Part shown: positions 37,030 to 47,225 of the stretch, in pieces
Layout: the number at the start of each line of letters is the position of its first letter
How positions within the stretch are numbered: position 1 is the first letter of the stretch
NCBI GenBank assembly: GCA_016937715.1
Contig: JAFGWA010000005.1
Span: 5,040-69,039, forward strand
Direction of reading: 5' to 3'
DNA from: Candidatus Goldiibacteriota bacterium
GTDB lineage: Bacteria > Oederibacteriota > PGYV01
DNA length: 64,000 bases
Position numbers and translations under genes: made by a program
The notes under the pieces: generated by a model
Databases searched by the model: none
Told to the model about the DNA's origin: nothing
Seen by the model: only the letters and a program-made list of their open reading frames with translations

Positions 37030-37317
37030 ATGAAAAAAATAATGGTTTTATTGATACTTTGCGGAAGTTTAATGGCTGGATGCGCTTCAGGCGGCGCTGT
37101 AAAAAAAGATGACGCGCCTGCGGGAAAACAAGCTGTAATAATTTCCGACAAAACAGTTGACGTATGGCTGTCCCCGGCTTTGACAGGCGCCGCGCCATTC
37201 AGGACTTTAAACCCCGGCGATGAAGTAAAGGTATTAAGCACATCAAACGTTTCCGCGCTTATTGAAATGAAAGACGGCTCACGGGGATTTGTGGATGTGA
37301 TGAAGATATCGAAGTAA
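37030..37317 (+). CDS. small secreted lipoprotein (SH3-like fold suspected)
   Basis: Strong RBS AGGAGGtaatactATG; lipobox LMAGC; one of the few plus-strand genes; flanked by repeat elements. Confidence 0.55.
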   Translation: MKKIMVLLILCGSLMAGCASGGAVKKDDAPAGKQAVIISDKTVDVWLSPALTGAAPFRTLNPGDEVKVLSTSNVSALIEMKDGSRGFVDVMKISK

Positions 37318-37470
37318 TCAGATGCTTGGATGCTCGGAAAAGCATGACGCTTGGATGCTTAGATGCTTGGTCAAAACCGGATACAAGCGAAAACAGCAAC
37401 TGCCGCGGGCTAAAGACCCGCGTCTACCAATGTTTCCAAGCATCTAAGCATCCAAGCCTCTAAGCATCTA
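37318..37470. repeat. octamer (ATGCTTGG-like) runs flanking an H2 hairpin (CAACTGCCGCGGGCTAAAGACCCGCGTCTACC)
   Basis: Same modular repeat family as 27228-27421 and 48107-48200. Confidence 0.7.
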
Positions 37471-37477
37471 CTTCCGT

Positions 37478-40400
37478 TTACCTAACCACCGCTACTTTTT
37501 CAGTTGCTTTGTAATGTGAGGTTTCTACGGTTATTAAATATGTGCCGCTGTTTATTATGTTGCCGTTGTCATTTTTGCCTTCCCAATAAAGTTCTTTTGT
37601 TCCAACCTGTGTTATGACCCCGTCAAAAAGTGTTGCTACAAGCACGCCGGTTCTTGTGTAAACTTTAACTTTCACATTATCACCGGAATACACATTAAAC
37701 ATTATTGTCACCCGTTCGCCTTTATCCGGTTCTATCACGTTGTTGAATATCTTAATATCTTTTTCAGATATAACTTCCTTGTCAAATTTTCCGCTGCTTG
37801 TACCCCATACGCCGCAGATATCCTGCCCTTTTACCACAATCCTGTCTATGTCGCCAAATCCGGTCTGCTTTGGATAAAGCACACGGTAGACCCTGTCCTG
37901 TCCCGGCACAAGTGTACTTACAAAAGAAAGCACATCTTTATTTTCCGTGCCGCCGTGCGGGTAGACATCAATTGACGGCGGATTTACAAGAAGCACATTT
38001 GAAGTAATTTCAAAATATATATTGTCAGTATGCTCGGGGTTGAAAATCATTTTTACCGTAAACGACGGCGGTGTCACCCCGTCGCACGGAAGCGGCGTTG
38101 ATGTTAACGTTGGCTGTGCGGTAATAGTCATTGTGGGGGTAAATGTCGGGGTTATTGTTAAAGTAACAGTAGAAGTCTGTGTAGCGGTGCAAGTAACAGT
38201 GCGCGTTGAAGAAGCGGTTGCAGTTATGGTTGTAGTTGCGGTCTTTGTTATAGTAGAAGTGGGAGAAACTGTTATAGTGGGCGTCATTGTCAGTGTTGGC
38301 GACAATACAGCCGTAAGTGTAATAGTAGACGTGGGCGTGTGCGGCGGACACATGTCTTCTATGTTCCAGATAACCTGGTCATAACCTGTAGTAAGTGATG
38401 CTGTATGACCCGTAACCAGTAACCTGCAGATAGTCAGGCGTAATATAGAGTAACATTCATCATCATAGCCGGAGTCATAAACCCATTCCCCTGCTGTGCC
38501 GAATGTAGTGTCAATTGTGCCGTACATATCATAACGCCTTACAACGCAGTCTGTATCGCTGCCATTATGCCTTACATAAAGTATCACAAGTTTGCCGTCT
38601 ACTTCTATTATGCTTCTTATTTCTTCTCCCGGACCGGCTGTTAATATGCCGTCCGAATCAAAACCGGTGTCAAAAGTACCGTCTGCATTTAATACTATTG
38701 TGATTGAAGAACGGCACGTTAAAGTACAGCCGCTACCGTCATCCACATAGCCGCTTATAACTATTTTACCGCCAACGGTAATTATCATGGATTTTGGCAC
38801 GCAGTTTTTATGATTTAAAGCCGTGTTGATATATGAAGTACAGCCGCCTGTGCCGAAAGTGGAATCCAAACTTCCGTCATTTAAAAACTTCCACATACAC
38901 ATCGCCCTGCAGGTGCCTGTGCAGCCCGGGTCATTGGAATCGCTCCACCCTGATACAAGTATTTCTGTGCCAATGCACTTTATTGTAAGCGCGCAGTCAT
39001 TGCCGTTGCCGCCCGCCTGATTATGAATTTTTCTGCATCCTAATGGGCCGAATGTGGTATCAGGATTGGAGTCGGGATTTATCCTTGTTACGCACGCGTC
39101 ATAGTCGGTGCCGTTCCAGGACTTGCCCACGCATACGTATCTTCCGTTTGAATCTATATCAAAATCATAGAAATAATCATTGCCGCTTCCGTACGTCCTG
39201 AAACACTGGCCCGCGTTAAAACTTGTATCCGGCGTGCCGTCAGGCAGGAACCTGTAAATTATTCCATACGAACATGTTCCGCCGCATGGGTCAACAGTAC
39301 CTGCCACAATTATATTCCCGCTGCTGTCGCATTTGACCGTTATGGAATCACCCCATACATATTTCGTTGAAGGGCCGGGGCATACCATCCTGCCATTATT
39401 GCCAAACGACGTGTCTATTGACCCATCGGGTAAATACCTGTAAAGAACCGTAACATAACAGGTGCAGTTATCGTCCCATTCCAACGCGATAACAATTAAA
39501 TTGCCGTTATTGTCAACACACGAACCTTTTCCACCATTATCCCCCGGAAGCGGATTAATTATAATATCATCACCGGGAAAACTGTCAGCAGGCACAGTTG
39601 ATACAGGGGTAAGCGTTGATGTAGCGCTAAGGTCTACCGATGCTGTTATTGTCACCGTGGGTGACGGAGTTTTTGTGGCTGTATATGAAGCTGACAGGTT
39701 ATGCGTAACCGTAGAAGTGGCAGTTTGTGTTGAAGTTTTTGTCGGAGTCATTGTCAGCACAGCAGAAGGATTAATTGTTATCGTACGGGTTGCCGTCATT
39801 GTGGATGTTTGTGTCAGCACAACAGACGGTGTGATAGTTATTGTGGATGTTGCGGAAGGTTCTTTGGTTGTGCAATAAAAATACGTGTCATTTATTGTAA
39901 ACGCTCCGCCGGTTACACCGGTATATGTATAGTTTACAGTATTAGAAACCATCATTTCACATGGCGTAGAAATTGCCCTTACAACAATTTCTTTATTTCC
40001 TGCCGAATCAGCGCCTGTCATATCCCACGATATTACAACCGGGCCTGTTACATCAACACTATATCCGGCTGATGCTGATACCAGGTCAAACTGAGAAGGC
40101 AGCGTGTCCCATATAGCCCCGCTTGTCATAGCTGTTTTTCCATAAGCTACAAAATTATCATACGAATCCTGCGTATCTCCGCTGTCGCCGCTTTGTTCCC
40201 CAATACCGGGTTTCCATAAACTATCGCATTCCATCGGCGACGGGTCTGTCCATGTAAGCGACCATCCAACCGGTTCGGGTTCGCCTTTTGGCCAGACCTT
40301 TGCGCTTAATGAACCGTCTTTCGCGGCTGATATTTTGGCGGTATACCATTTATTGATTGTTATATCCACGGCATTTGTATAAGCAGGCCACGAGCAGGAT

Positions 40401-41839
40401 TCTTCGCATCTTTGAAATTGCAGCATACCCGCAGGCGCGGTATCAACAGACACCAGCAAAGCATATGACTTTGACCCTATGCCGTTTATTCCGTTATGCC
40501 TTATCATTATCATCGCATCCGAACCCATATATTCGGCTGTACCAAAGCCAATTTTAAAATCAGAATATATAATGGAGTCACAGTAATTATTATTGTCATC
40601 TATAAGCAGCATGGGATATTGTGTATTCAGCGCGTCACCCCTTATCACCCTGTTGCCTGTATTACATGCATCTTCCACATACCATGTTCCATTTGTGCCA
40701 TTATATGGCATAAAAGACCACCCTGTAGGGGGTGTTGCTGTATAAGTTCCCAAAGGGGTATCTTCAAAAGTCCTTATCGCTCCAAGTTCAATACCTCCGC
40801 TTAGGTCATAATTAATAGTATACGTCAGCATCTCCCCGTTGTAGACATTTGCAGGATTTGTCGAAACCGTTAAAGTTCTCTCTTCTATTGGATTAACCAT
40901 TACTGATGTTGATGACATTTCATCCGAAATTCCTGCCATTGAACCGGTTACAGCACACGAATAGTTAATGCCCACAGGAGCATCAGCTGTCATTTTCATC
41001 ACAACCCAGACTTTACCTTCTTTTTTGTCGATTGTCCCCGTAATATCAGAAAACTGCCATGTGATTGTCCCTGATGTTACCCCTATTGCCGGCGCGTTTA
41101 CGCTGCCGCCGGTTATTGAAACAGGGCCGTAACTTACAAGTTCTAAATTTCCGACGCCCGGAAGCGGTATCGCAGCACTTAATGCTCCGTTTGTATATGA
41201 ATAATCCGCGTTGAACATCACCAAATCCCCGGCTTTACGAAGTATCCCTTCGCTTTTCATCGTTATATTCATATCAGGAGGAGGCACAGCCGGCGTCCAG
41301 GTAAGGGATTCTGACGAACAATCAGCCGCAATATCCCAGTCAGATTCTCTTAAAGCAAAATTTTTCATCACCAGATGAAGATACATCTCTGAAACATTAC
41401 ATTCCGGATACATGCCTTTATCGGGAATATGTATTACAAATTCTTTTACGTAACTCTGCCCTCCTTCATTCATGCAATCCATACAGGGCGTCGACGCCAT
41501 CCATCCGTTTGGCGTGTTTGCAAGGTAATCTATATCTCCGCCCGGCGCGGCAGCCGGCCTTGCGGTTGCGACATCAACTCCCTTTTCACTTATCACAAAT
41601 ATCTGCCCTTGCCCGGACAACGAAGCATTAACTTTTTCCGGCTTACTGCTTATTGCAAGCGCCATCTGGCAGTCATCATAAAGTTCCGAACAGTAATCTA
41701 TTGTGACTGTTACTGTATCACCAAAAAAAGGATTTGCAGGGTTCATGGTCACAGAATTTATTTTTGGTTCCGCGAAAATATTTGCGGCCAGCATTATGAA
41801 CGCCGCAAGAATTAATATCAGTGCTTTTTTTATCTTCAT
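37478..41839 (-). CDS. giant secreted surface protein (1453 aa): N-terminal lectin/Ig-like regions, Thr-rich mucin-like linkers, delta-60-type beta-propeller repeats (...DGSIDTSFG...), C-terminal Ig-like sorting-type domain
   Basis: Signal peptide; repeated xxDGSxDTSFGxxG blocks; two poly-Thr/Ser linkers; the last 75 aa resemble the C-terminal domain of the neighbouring anti-sigma factor and end in ...KVAVVR. Confidence 0.8.
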   Translation of the reverse strand: MKIKKALILILAAFIMLAANIFAEPKINSVTMNPANPFFGDTVTVTIDYCSELYDDCQMALAISSKPEKVNASLSGQGQIFVISEKGVDVATARPAAAPGGDIDYLANTPNGWMASTPCMDCMNEGGQSYVKEFVIHIPDKGMYPECNVSEMYLHLVMKNFALRESDWDIAADCSSESLTWTPAVPPPDMNITMKSEGILRKAGDLVMFNADYSYTNGALSAAIPLPGVGNLELVSYGPVSITGGSVNAPAIGVTSGTITWQFSDITGTIDKKEGKVWVVMKMTADAPVGINYSCAVTGSMAGISDEMSSTSVMVNPIEERTLTVSTNPANVYNGEMLTYTINYDLSGGIELGAIRTFEDTPLGTYTATPPTGWSFMPYNGTNGTWYVEDACNTGNRVIRGDALNTQYPMLLIDDNNNYCDSIIYSDFKIGFGTAEYMGSDAMIMIRHNGINGIGSKSYALLVSVDTAPAGMLQFQRCEESCSWPAYTNAVDITINKWYTAKISAAKDGSLSAKVWPKGEPEPVGWSLTWTDPSPMECDSLWKPGIGEQSGDSGDTQDSYDNFVAYGKTAMTSGAIWDTLPSQFDLVSASAGYSVDVTGPVVISWDMTGADSAGNKEIVVRAISTPCEMMVSNTVNYTYTGVTGGAFTINDTYFYCTTKEPSATSTITITPSVVLTQTSTMTATRTITINPSAVLTMTPTKTSTQTATSTVTHNLSASYTATKTPSPTVTITASVDLSATSTLTPVSTVPADSFPGDDIIINPLPGDNGGKGSCVDNNGNLIVIALEWDDNCTCYVTVLYRYLPDGSIDTSFGNNGRMVCPGPSTKYVWGDSITVKCDSSGNIIVAGTVDPCGGTCSYGIIYRFLPDGTPDTSFNAGQCFRTYGSGNDYFYDFDIDSNGRYVCVGKSWNGTDYDACVTRINPDSNPDTTFGPLGCRKIHNQAGGNGNDCALTIKCIGTEILVSGWSDSNDPGCTGTCRAMCMWKFLNDGSLDSTFGTGGCTSYINTALNHKNCVPKSMIITVGGKIVISGYVDDGSGCTLTCRSSITIVLNADGTFDTGFDSDGILTAGPGEEIRSIIEVDGKLVILYVRHNGSDTDCVVRRYDMYGTIDTTFGTAGEWVYDSGYDDECYSILRLTICRLLVTGHTASLTTGYDQVIWNIEDMCPPHTPTSTITLTAVLSPTLTMTPTITVSPTSTITKTATTTITATASSTRTVTCTATQTSTVTLTITPTFTPTMTITAQPTLTSTPLPCDGVTPPSFTVKMIFNPEHTDNIYFEITSNVLLVNPPSIDVYPHGGTENKDVLSFVSTLVPGQDRVYRVLYPKQTGFGDIDRIVVKGQDICGVWGTSSGKFDKEVISEKDIKIFNNVIEPDKGERVTIMFNVYSGDNVKVKVYTRTGVLVATLFDGVITQVGTKELYWEGKNDNGNIINSGTYLITVETSHYKATEKVAVVR

Positions 41840-41910
41840 TTTATTTCCTCCGTTATTGCTTTATTATTACCCTTGCCTATATGACAGAATACAGCTTAAA
41901 TTAGTTCCAA

Positions 41911-42822
41911 TTATTCCAGCAGCATATCCAGGCTTATCCTGTGGGTGGCGCCAAGCGTATCAAAGGGCTGATACGCGTAGGCAAATTTTACTTTTTCTAA
42001 AAGCACCCCTATTCCTATACTTAAATTAGCGGAATCATGCCTGAAGCCGTACCCTGCCCTGGCACACAGTATCTTAAACATTGTGCATTCCGCACCCAAA
42101 TCAAGCGTGGGAAGTTCATCTTTTATCCACAGCCGGTTCACGTCAACCGAAGCCCTTATGTTTAATTCCTGCGATATATCATATGAAGTGCTGACACCGG
42201 CTTTTATGTTTATCGGCATTGTATCCGCTATTTTAATATACGCCTGCTGCCAGCCGATGTTCTGCACGGCTATCCCGCCGTAAGTGTCCGGGTTGGACCC
42301 TATTTTTACCATTGCCCCCGCGTCCACCGCAAACCCTATCTTGTCGTAAATGTACAGTTTGCTGTAAAAGAATTTAAAGGTTGCGCCCGCGTATATGCCC
42401 GCAAAAACGGGCTGAGCGTATGAAATTAAACCCATCACGTCATAATTTTCCACATTGCCGCATTCATCCCCAAATTCATCTATTTCAACAAAATCAAAGG
42501 TATAATCAAGAAAAACCCCTACTGAAGTAACCGCACCGTTTTGAAGCGGGATTACAAGCGCGCCGTATTCATAATTGGTATCGGCAAACGAGGCAAAGTG
42601 AGAAAGCGTGATTTCCATAAGTTTTAAATCCGCGATGCCCGCGGGATTAAACAGAAGCGAATTGATGTCATGCGGTACGGCGCAGTAAGCGCCGCTGAAA
42701 GAAGCGGCTTTGGCAGGAGGCGATATCCTTAAAAAATCCGGACCCACGCCGCCGGCGGCAAATAACGACACGCTTAAAAACAAACACAAAAAAACGCATG
42801 ATAAGCGCCTTATCCCCGCCAT
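41911..42822 (-). CDS. outer-membrane beta-barrel protein, PorV/FadL-like
   Basis: Signal peptide and an N-terminal ...LRISPPAKAASFSGAYCAV...LLFNPAGIA block like the PorV/LptO N-terminus; alternating amphipathic beta-strands; terminal aromatic-rich strand. Confidence 0.5.
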   Translation of the reverse strand: MAGIRRLSCVFLCLFLSVSLFAAGGVGPDFLRISPPAKAASFSGAYCAVPHDINSLLFNPAGIADLKLMEITLSHFASFADTNYEYGALVIPLQNGAVTSVGVFLDYTFDFVEIDEFGDECGNVENYDVMGLISYAQPVFAGIYAGATFKFFYSKLYIYDKIGFAVDAGAMVKIGSNPDTYGGIAVQNIGWQQAYIKIADTMPINIKAGVSTSYDISQELNIRASVDVNRLWIKDELPTLDLGAECTMFKILCARAGYGFRHDSANLSIGIGVLLEKVKFAYAYQPFDTLGATHRISLDMLLE

Positions 42823-42854
42823 TTATCCCTCTTTGTTTTTAATTGAATACTTTA

Positions 42855-43790
42855 TTATCTTATGACAGCCGCTTTTATCTTTTTTTCCGCCAGCGGCGTC
42901 TTTATGTAAACTGTGTAAATCCCCGAAGCTGCCGCGCGCCCGCCATCATCTTTTCCGTCCCATGTAAATTCATAAGCGCCCGCGGGTTTTTTTTCGTAAA
43001 AATGCACCACCGGCTGCCCTGTCCTGTCGTATATCCTTATTTCCACCTGCCCCAAATCATCCAGCCTGTATTTTATAACAAACTTCTCTCCCTTGACAGC
43101 GTTAATTACATTATTCCTGACTTCTATTTCAGCAGGCGTGGGGGTTACAACTATTTTTTTATCAGAAGCGGCGGCAACAACCGGCGCGTCAGATATTTCA
43201 TTACTGCCTTTTAATGCGATTGGGAGTTTTTCATCCACAAACTGATTTACCTGCGGAATGTCTTTTGGCTCTTCCTTTTTTATATCTTCCTTAACCGGCT
43301 CTGCCGACACAATACGCGTTTCGCCTTCAGATTTTTTCTGTGTGACATATGTAACGGCTTTTTTTGTCTTTTTAGTCTGCTGTTTTTCCGTGATTTTAAC
43401 CGCAGGTTCTCCCGATGCGAATTCAACTTTTTTATCCTCAACAATACCCGGATTCATTACAAATAACCCGAATATCACAGCAGCCGCAAATGCCGCTGCC
43501 GGCACGGCAAAAACAGGCCGTTTTATATACTTTATAACCCTGTCAATTACAGACGGAGACTGCTCCCCGATTTTATCCCAAACCTTTAAATTAAAATCAG
43601 CGGGCAGTTTTGGCTCTTCTTTCATATCAGAAAACACGCTTTTAAGCGCAAGCACCGCTTTATATTCCAAAGCACATTTTTTACATGTTTTGACGTGCGT
43701 TTTTACTTCACCCTCTTCAGCAGCGCTTATATTGCCTTCTATTAAGCTGTTAATCAATCCGTTTACCTTTTTACAGCTCATTTCGTTCAC
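42855..43790 (-). CDS. zinc-finger anti-sigma factor: cytoplasmic HxxxCxxC domain, one TM helix, periplasmic linker, and a C-terminal Ig-like domain homologous to the C-terminus of the giant protein
   Basis: N-terminal ...KTHVKTCKKCALEY (putative zinc-binding anti-sigma motif); TM helix AVPAAAFAAAVIFGLFV; 20-nt overlap with the ECF sigma gene; C-terminal ...VEIRIYDRTGQPV...WDGKDDGG...SGIYTVYIKT...KAAVIR. Confidence 0.65.
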   Translation of the reverse strand: MNEMSCKKVNGLINSLIEGNISAAEEGEVKTHVKTCKKCALEYKAVLALKSVFSDMKEEPKLPADFNLKVWDKIGEQSPSVIDRVIKYIKRPVFAVPAAAFAAAVIFGLFVMNPGIVEDKKVEFASGEPAVKITEKQQTKKTKKAVTYVTQKKSEGETRIVSAEPVKEDIKKEEPKDIPQVNQFVDEKLPIALKGSNEISDAPVVAAASDKKIVVTPTPAEIEVRNNVINAVKGEKFVIKYRLDDLGQVEIRIYDRTGQPVVHFYEKKPAGAYEFTWDGKDDGGRAAASGIYTVYIKTPLAEKKIKAAVIR

Positions 43791-44361
43791 CTAACTTTCT
43801 TGCCAGTTTTTGTTTCAGTTTTTCCCTTGCCCTTGAAAGCTTTGACTTTACGCTTCCCAGCGGAATTTTAAGAACTTTACTTATTTCATCATATTCCATT
43901 CCTTCTAAGTCCCTAAGTATAACCACGCTTCTTTCCGCGGGTTCAAAACCTTCCATGGCTTCCATCACGCATTCGCGCAGCTGCTTCTTTTCTGCCAGTA
44001 CATCCTGCCCTTCGCGGACATCCGCCACATCCACCGGGTCTTTATCGCGGCTTTCGTCCCCGCTTATGGAGTCGGTTTCATAATATTTTCTGCGTTTTAA
44101 CGTATCCAGCCGGTTTATGCACATGTTCACCGCCACCCTGTAAAGCCAGGTGGACAGTTTGGAGTCAAATTTAAAAGAGCCAATTTTCTCATACGCTTTG
44201 CAGAAGACTTCCTGCGCCATGTCGCACGCTTCTTCATTGTTTCTCATATACTTCAGGCAGACAGACGCAACCGTCCTTTTATACGCTGTAATTACCCTGT
44301 CAAAAGCCTGCCTGTCTCCGCGAACCGCCTTTTTTATTTCCTGTTCGTTCAGTTCTTCCAT
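43771..44361 (-). CDS. ECF RNA polymerase sigma factor
   Basis: Region 2 (AQEVFCKAYE, TWLYRVAVN) and region 4 (EGMEYDEISKVLKIPLGSVKSKL). Confidence 0.8.
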   Translation of the reverse strand: MEELNEQEIKKAVRGDRQAFDRVITAYKRTVASVCLKYMRNNEEACDMAQEVFCKAYEKIGSFKFDSKLSTWLYRVAVNMCINRLDTLKRRKYYETDSISGDESRDKDPVDVADVREGQDVLAEKKQLRECVMEAMEGFEPAERSVVILRDLEGMEYDEISKVLKIPLGSVKSKLSRAREKLKQKLARKLGERNEL

Positions 44362-44603
44362 TTATCCCTCATTTAATCGGACAGAATCCGCCCAAAATAA
44401 GTTCCGGTTATTTTTAGCCCCGCCAATTACCATAAAATGCTTTCCTATTATATAACAATACACTGTTAAATTAACAGATGAAAAGAACACCTTTTTCCCC
44501 GTGCGGCAGAATATAACAAAATATCTCAATATTTGGCTTTATGCAGGTTAGTTTTTATGCTAAAATAACTTAAATTTTTTACAACTTACAGGAGGAAATA
44601 TAG

Positions 44604-47162
44604 ATGAAACTTATGGATTTTAATGTGTTACCAAATCTGCCGGAGAAGCTTAAACCGCTTCTGGACCTTGCTTACAACGTATGGTGGGCGTGGGATTCAG
44701 AAGCGTTTGCCCTTTTCAGGGACATTGACCCGGACTTATGGTCACAGACATCACACAACCCGGTTAAGCTGCTTTACAGGGTGCAGCAGGAAAAACTTGA
44801 GACAATTGCAAATGATGAAGGTTTTATCTTCCGCATCGAAAACGTCCTTAAAAAACGCAATCAGTACATGTCCAGGCCCTGCTGGTACGACAAAATAAAG
44901 AACAATCTGCCAAAAGATTATCAGATAGCGTATTTCAGCGCTGAATTCGGGCTTGCGGAATGCCTGCCTATTTATTCCGGCGGCCTTGGCGTCCTTGCGG
45001 GCGACCATTTAAAATCCGCTTCTGACCTTGGACTTCCTTTTATTGCGGTTGGCCTTCTGTATTCACAGGGCTATTTTCACCAGTACCTGACAACCGACGG
45101 CTGGCAGCATGAAAAATACGTAACGCACGATTACAATACGGCTCCCGTGAAACAGCTTAACAAAGCAGACGGCAGCAGCATTATAATTGAACTGAAGATG
45201 CCCCACGGCATTGTAAAGTTCGCGCTGTGGAAGGTTCAGGTGGGACGCATAAGCCTTTACCTTTTAGACACAAATATTCCGGAGAACAGCCACGCTGACC
45301 GTGATATCACTTCCAAACTTTACGGCGGCGACCTTGAAATGAGAATAAAACAGGAATACCTGCTTGGCATCGGCGGTATGATTGCGCTGGACGCCCTTGG
45401 AATTAAGCCCACTGTAACGCACATGAACGAAGGCCATTCTTCATTTTTAGCGCTGGAGCGCATAAAGATGCTAATGGAAAAAGAAAAACTTTCATTCAAC
45501 GAAGCAAAAGAAATTGTCGCGGCCAGCAGCGTGTTTACCACACATACCCCTGTCCCCGCCGGAAACGACAGATTTCCGCAGGAAATGATGGAAAGATATT
45601 TAAAAACCTATGTGGAACACTCCCTTAAAATATCATTTGAAGAGTTTATGAAACTGGGGCGCGTGTATCCGGAAGACAAAAGCGAATGGTTCTGCATGAC
45701 CGTGCTTGCCCTTAAGCTTTCGCACTTTAATAACGGCGTGTCAAAACTGCACGGCCGCGTATCGCGCGATATGTGGAAAGACATCTGGACAGGAGTGCCT
45801 GTGGAGGAAGTCCCCATAGGATACATCACCAACGGTATTCACATGAACAGCTGGATATCAAAAGAAATGTCAGACCTTTTCTTCCGTTATCTTGGCACAC
45901 GCTGGGTGGACGCGCCTGACGAACACGAAATATGGAAAAAAGTGGACGAGATTCCGGACACGGAACTGTGGAGCACGCATGAACGCAGAAAAGAAAGGCT
46001 TGTGGAATTTGTCCGCAGAAAACTTAAATCACAGTTAAAAGCGCGCGGCTCTTCAAAAGAAGAAATAGACGGCGCCGGCGAAGTGCTTTCTTCAGACGTT
46101 TTAACGATAGGATTCGCCAGAAGGTTTGCCACTTACAAAAGGGCTACCTTAATGATGCGCGACATTGAAAGGCTTAAAGCTATACTTACCAACAAACACA
46201 TGCCTGTACAGATAATATTTGCAGGCAAAGCTCATCCCAAAGACGATGCCGGCAAAGAGTTCATAAAACAGATAATTCACATTACCGAAAAAGAAGGGTT
46301 AAGAAACCACATAGTCTTTGTTGAAGACTATGACCTTAACACCGCCCATTATCTTGTTCAGGGAGTGGACGTGTGGATGAACAACCCCAGAAGGCCGCTG
46401 GAAGCAAGCGGTACATCGGGCATGAAGGTTATTTTCAACGGCGGATTAAACTTTTCAGTGCTTGACGGCTGGTGGGACGAGAAAGCGGATGCGGACAACG
46501 GCTGGTGCATAGGCCGCGGCGAAGAATATGAAGATATAGCTTATCAGGACGCTGTGGAAGCTAATTCCATTTATGACACGCTTGAAAACGACCTTGTCCC
46601 TCTTTATTACAAACACGGTAAAGACGGATTGCCGCATGACTGGATAAAAAAGATGAAAACATCCATTGCCACCCTTGGCCCCGTATTTAACACAAACAGG
46701 CAGGTAATGGAATATACTGAGATGTTCTATAAACCCGCCGGGCTTAACTACGCCAAACTTGCCGGCAGCGGGCTTGACAAACCAAAGAACATAAGCAAGT
46801 GGAAAGAAAAAATAGCTTCTAAATGGGACGCGGTAAAAATAACTTCCGTAAGTTCCGGTGATTCTTCCGCGATTAAAGTAGGCGGTTCGCTTAAAATAAA
46901 CGCGGAACTTGAAAGCGGCGGATTAAACGCGGAAGACCTGCTGGTGGAAATTTATGCCGGCTATGACAGAGGCGGAGAAATACTGGAAGAAATAAAAACA
47001 TTTGAAATGAAAGCCGTTTCAAATGAACACGGAAAAATAAAATACGAAAGCACCGTTACACCTTCCACTTCCGGTGCTGTAAATTATTCCGTAAGGGTAA
47101 TGCCGGCGCATCCGGATGTAGCTTTTAAATTCCTTCCCGGTTACATTAAGTGGTACGAATAA
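44604..47162 (+). CDS. glgP: alpha-glucan (glycogen/maltodextrin) phosphorylase, GT35
   Basis: PLP-lysine block EASGTSGMK; about 850 aa, the GT35 alpha-glucan phosphorylase type; RBS AGGAGG. Confidence 0.9.
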   Translation: MKLMDFNVLPNLPEKLKPLLDLAYNVWWAWDSEAFALFRDIDPDLWSQTSHNPVKLLYRVQQEKLETIANDEGFIFRIENVLKKRNQYMSRPCWYDKIKNNLPKDYQIAYFSAEFGLAECLPIYSGGLGVLAGDHLKSASDLGLPFIAVGLLYSQGYFHQYLTTDGWQHEKYVTHDYNTAPVKQLNKADGSSIIIELKMPHGIVKFALWKVQVGRISLYLLDTNIPENSHADRDITSKLYGGDLEMRIKQEYLLGIGGMIALDALGIKPTVTHMNEGHSSFLALERIKMLMEKEKLSFNEAKEIVAASSVFTTHTPVPAGNDRFPQEMMERYLKTYVEHSLKISFEEFMKLGRVYPEDKSEWFCMTVLALKLSHFNNGVSKLHGRVSRDMWKDIWTGVPVEEVPIGYITNGIHMNSWISKEMSDLFFRYLGTRWVDAPDEHEIWKKVDEIPDTELWSTHERRKERLVEFVRRKLKSQLKARGSSKEEIDGAGEVLSSDVLTIGFARRFATYKRATLMMRDIERLKAILTNKHMPVQIIFAGKAHPKDDAGKEFIKQIIHITEKEGLRNHIVFVEDYDLNTAHYLVQGVDVWMNNPRRPLEASGTSGMKVIFNGGLNFSVLDGWWDEKADADNGWCIGRGEEYEDIAYQDAVEANSIYDTLENDLVPLYYKHGKDGLPHDWIKKMKTSIATLGPVFNTNRQVMEYTEMFYKPAGLNYAKLAGSGLDKPKNISKWKEKIASKWDAVKITSVSSGDSSAIKVGGSLKINAELESGGLNAEDLLVEIYAGYDRGGEILEEIKTFEMKAVSNEHGKIKYESTVTPSTSGAVNYSVRVMPAHPDVAFKFLPGYIKWYE

Positions 47163-47225
47163 AATAACATCTTACGGCAGGCGCCGTGCTTTTGCACGGC
47201 GCCTGTATATTAAGGAGGGTTTATA

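Noticed and set aside
38022-40804. Multiple 60-140-aa ORFs in both orientations inside the giant-protein gene (e.g. 38022-38384, 39462-39878)
   Set aside because: Caused by repetitive Thr/Val-rich coding sequence; the full-length 1453-aa frame is clearly the real one.
44362-44410. ECF-type promoter GGAACTT-N16-GTCCGA upstream of the ECF sigma gene
   Set aside because: The spacing would put the TSS inside the RBS, which is too tight to call confidently. Mentioned only within the locus finding.
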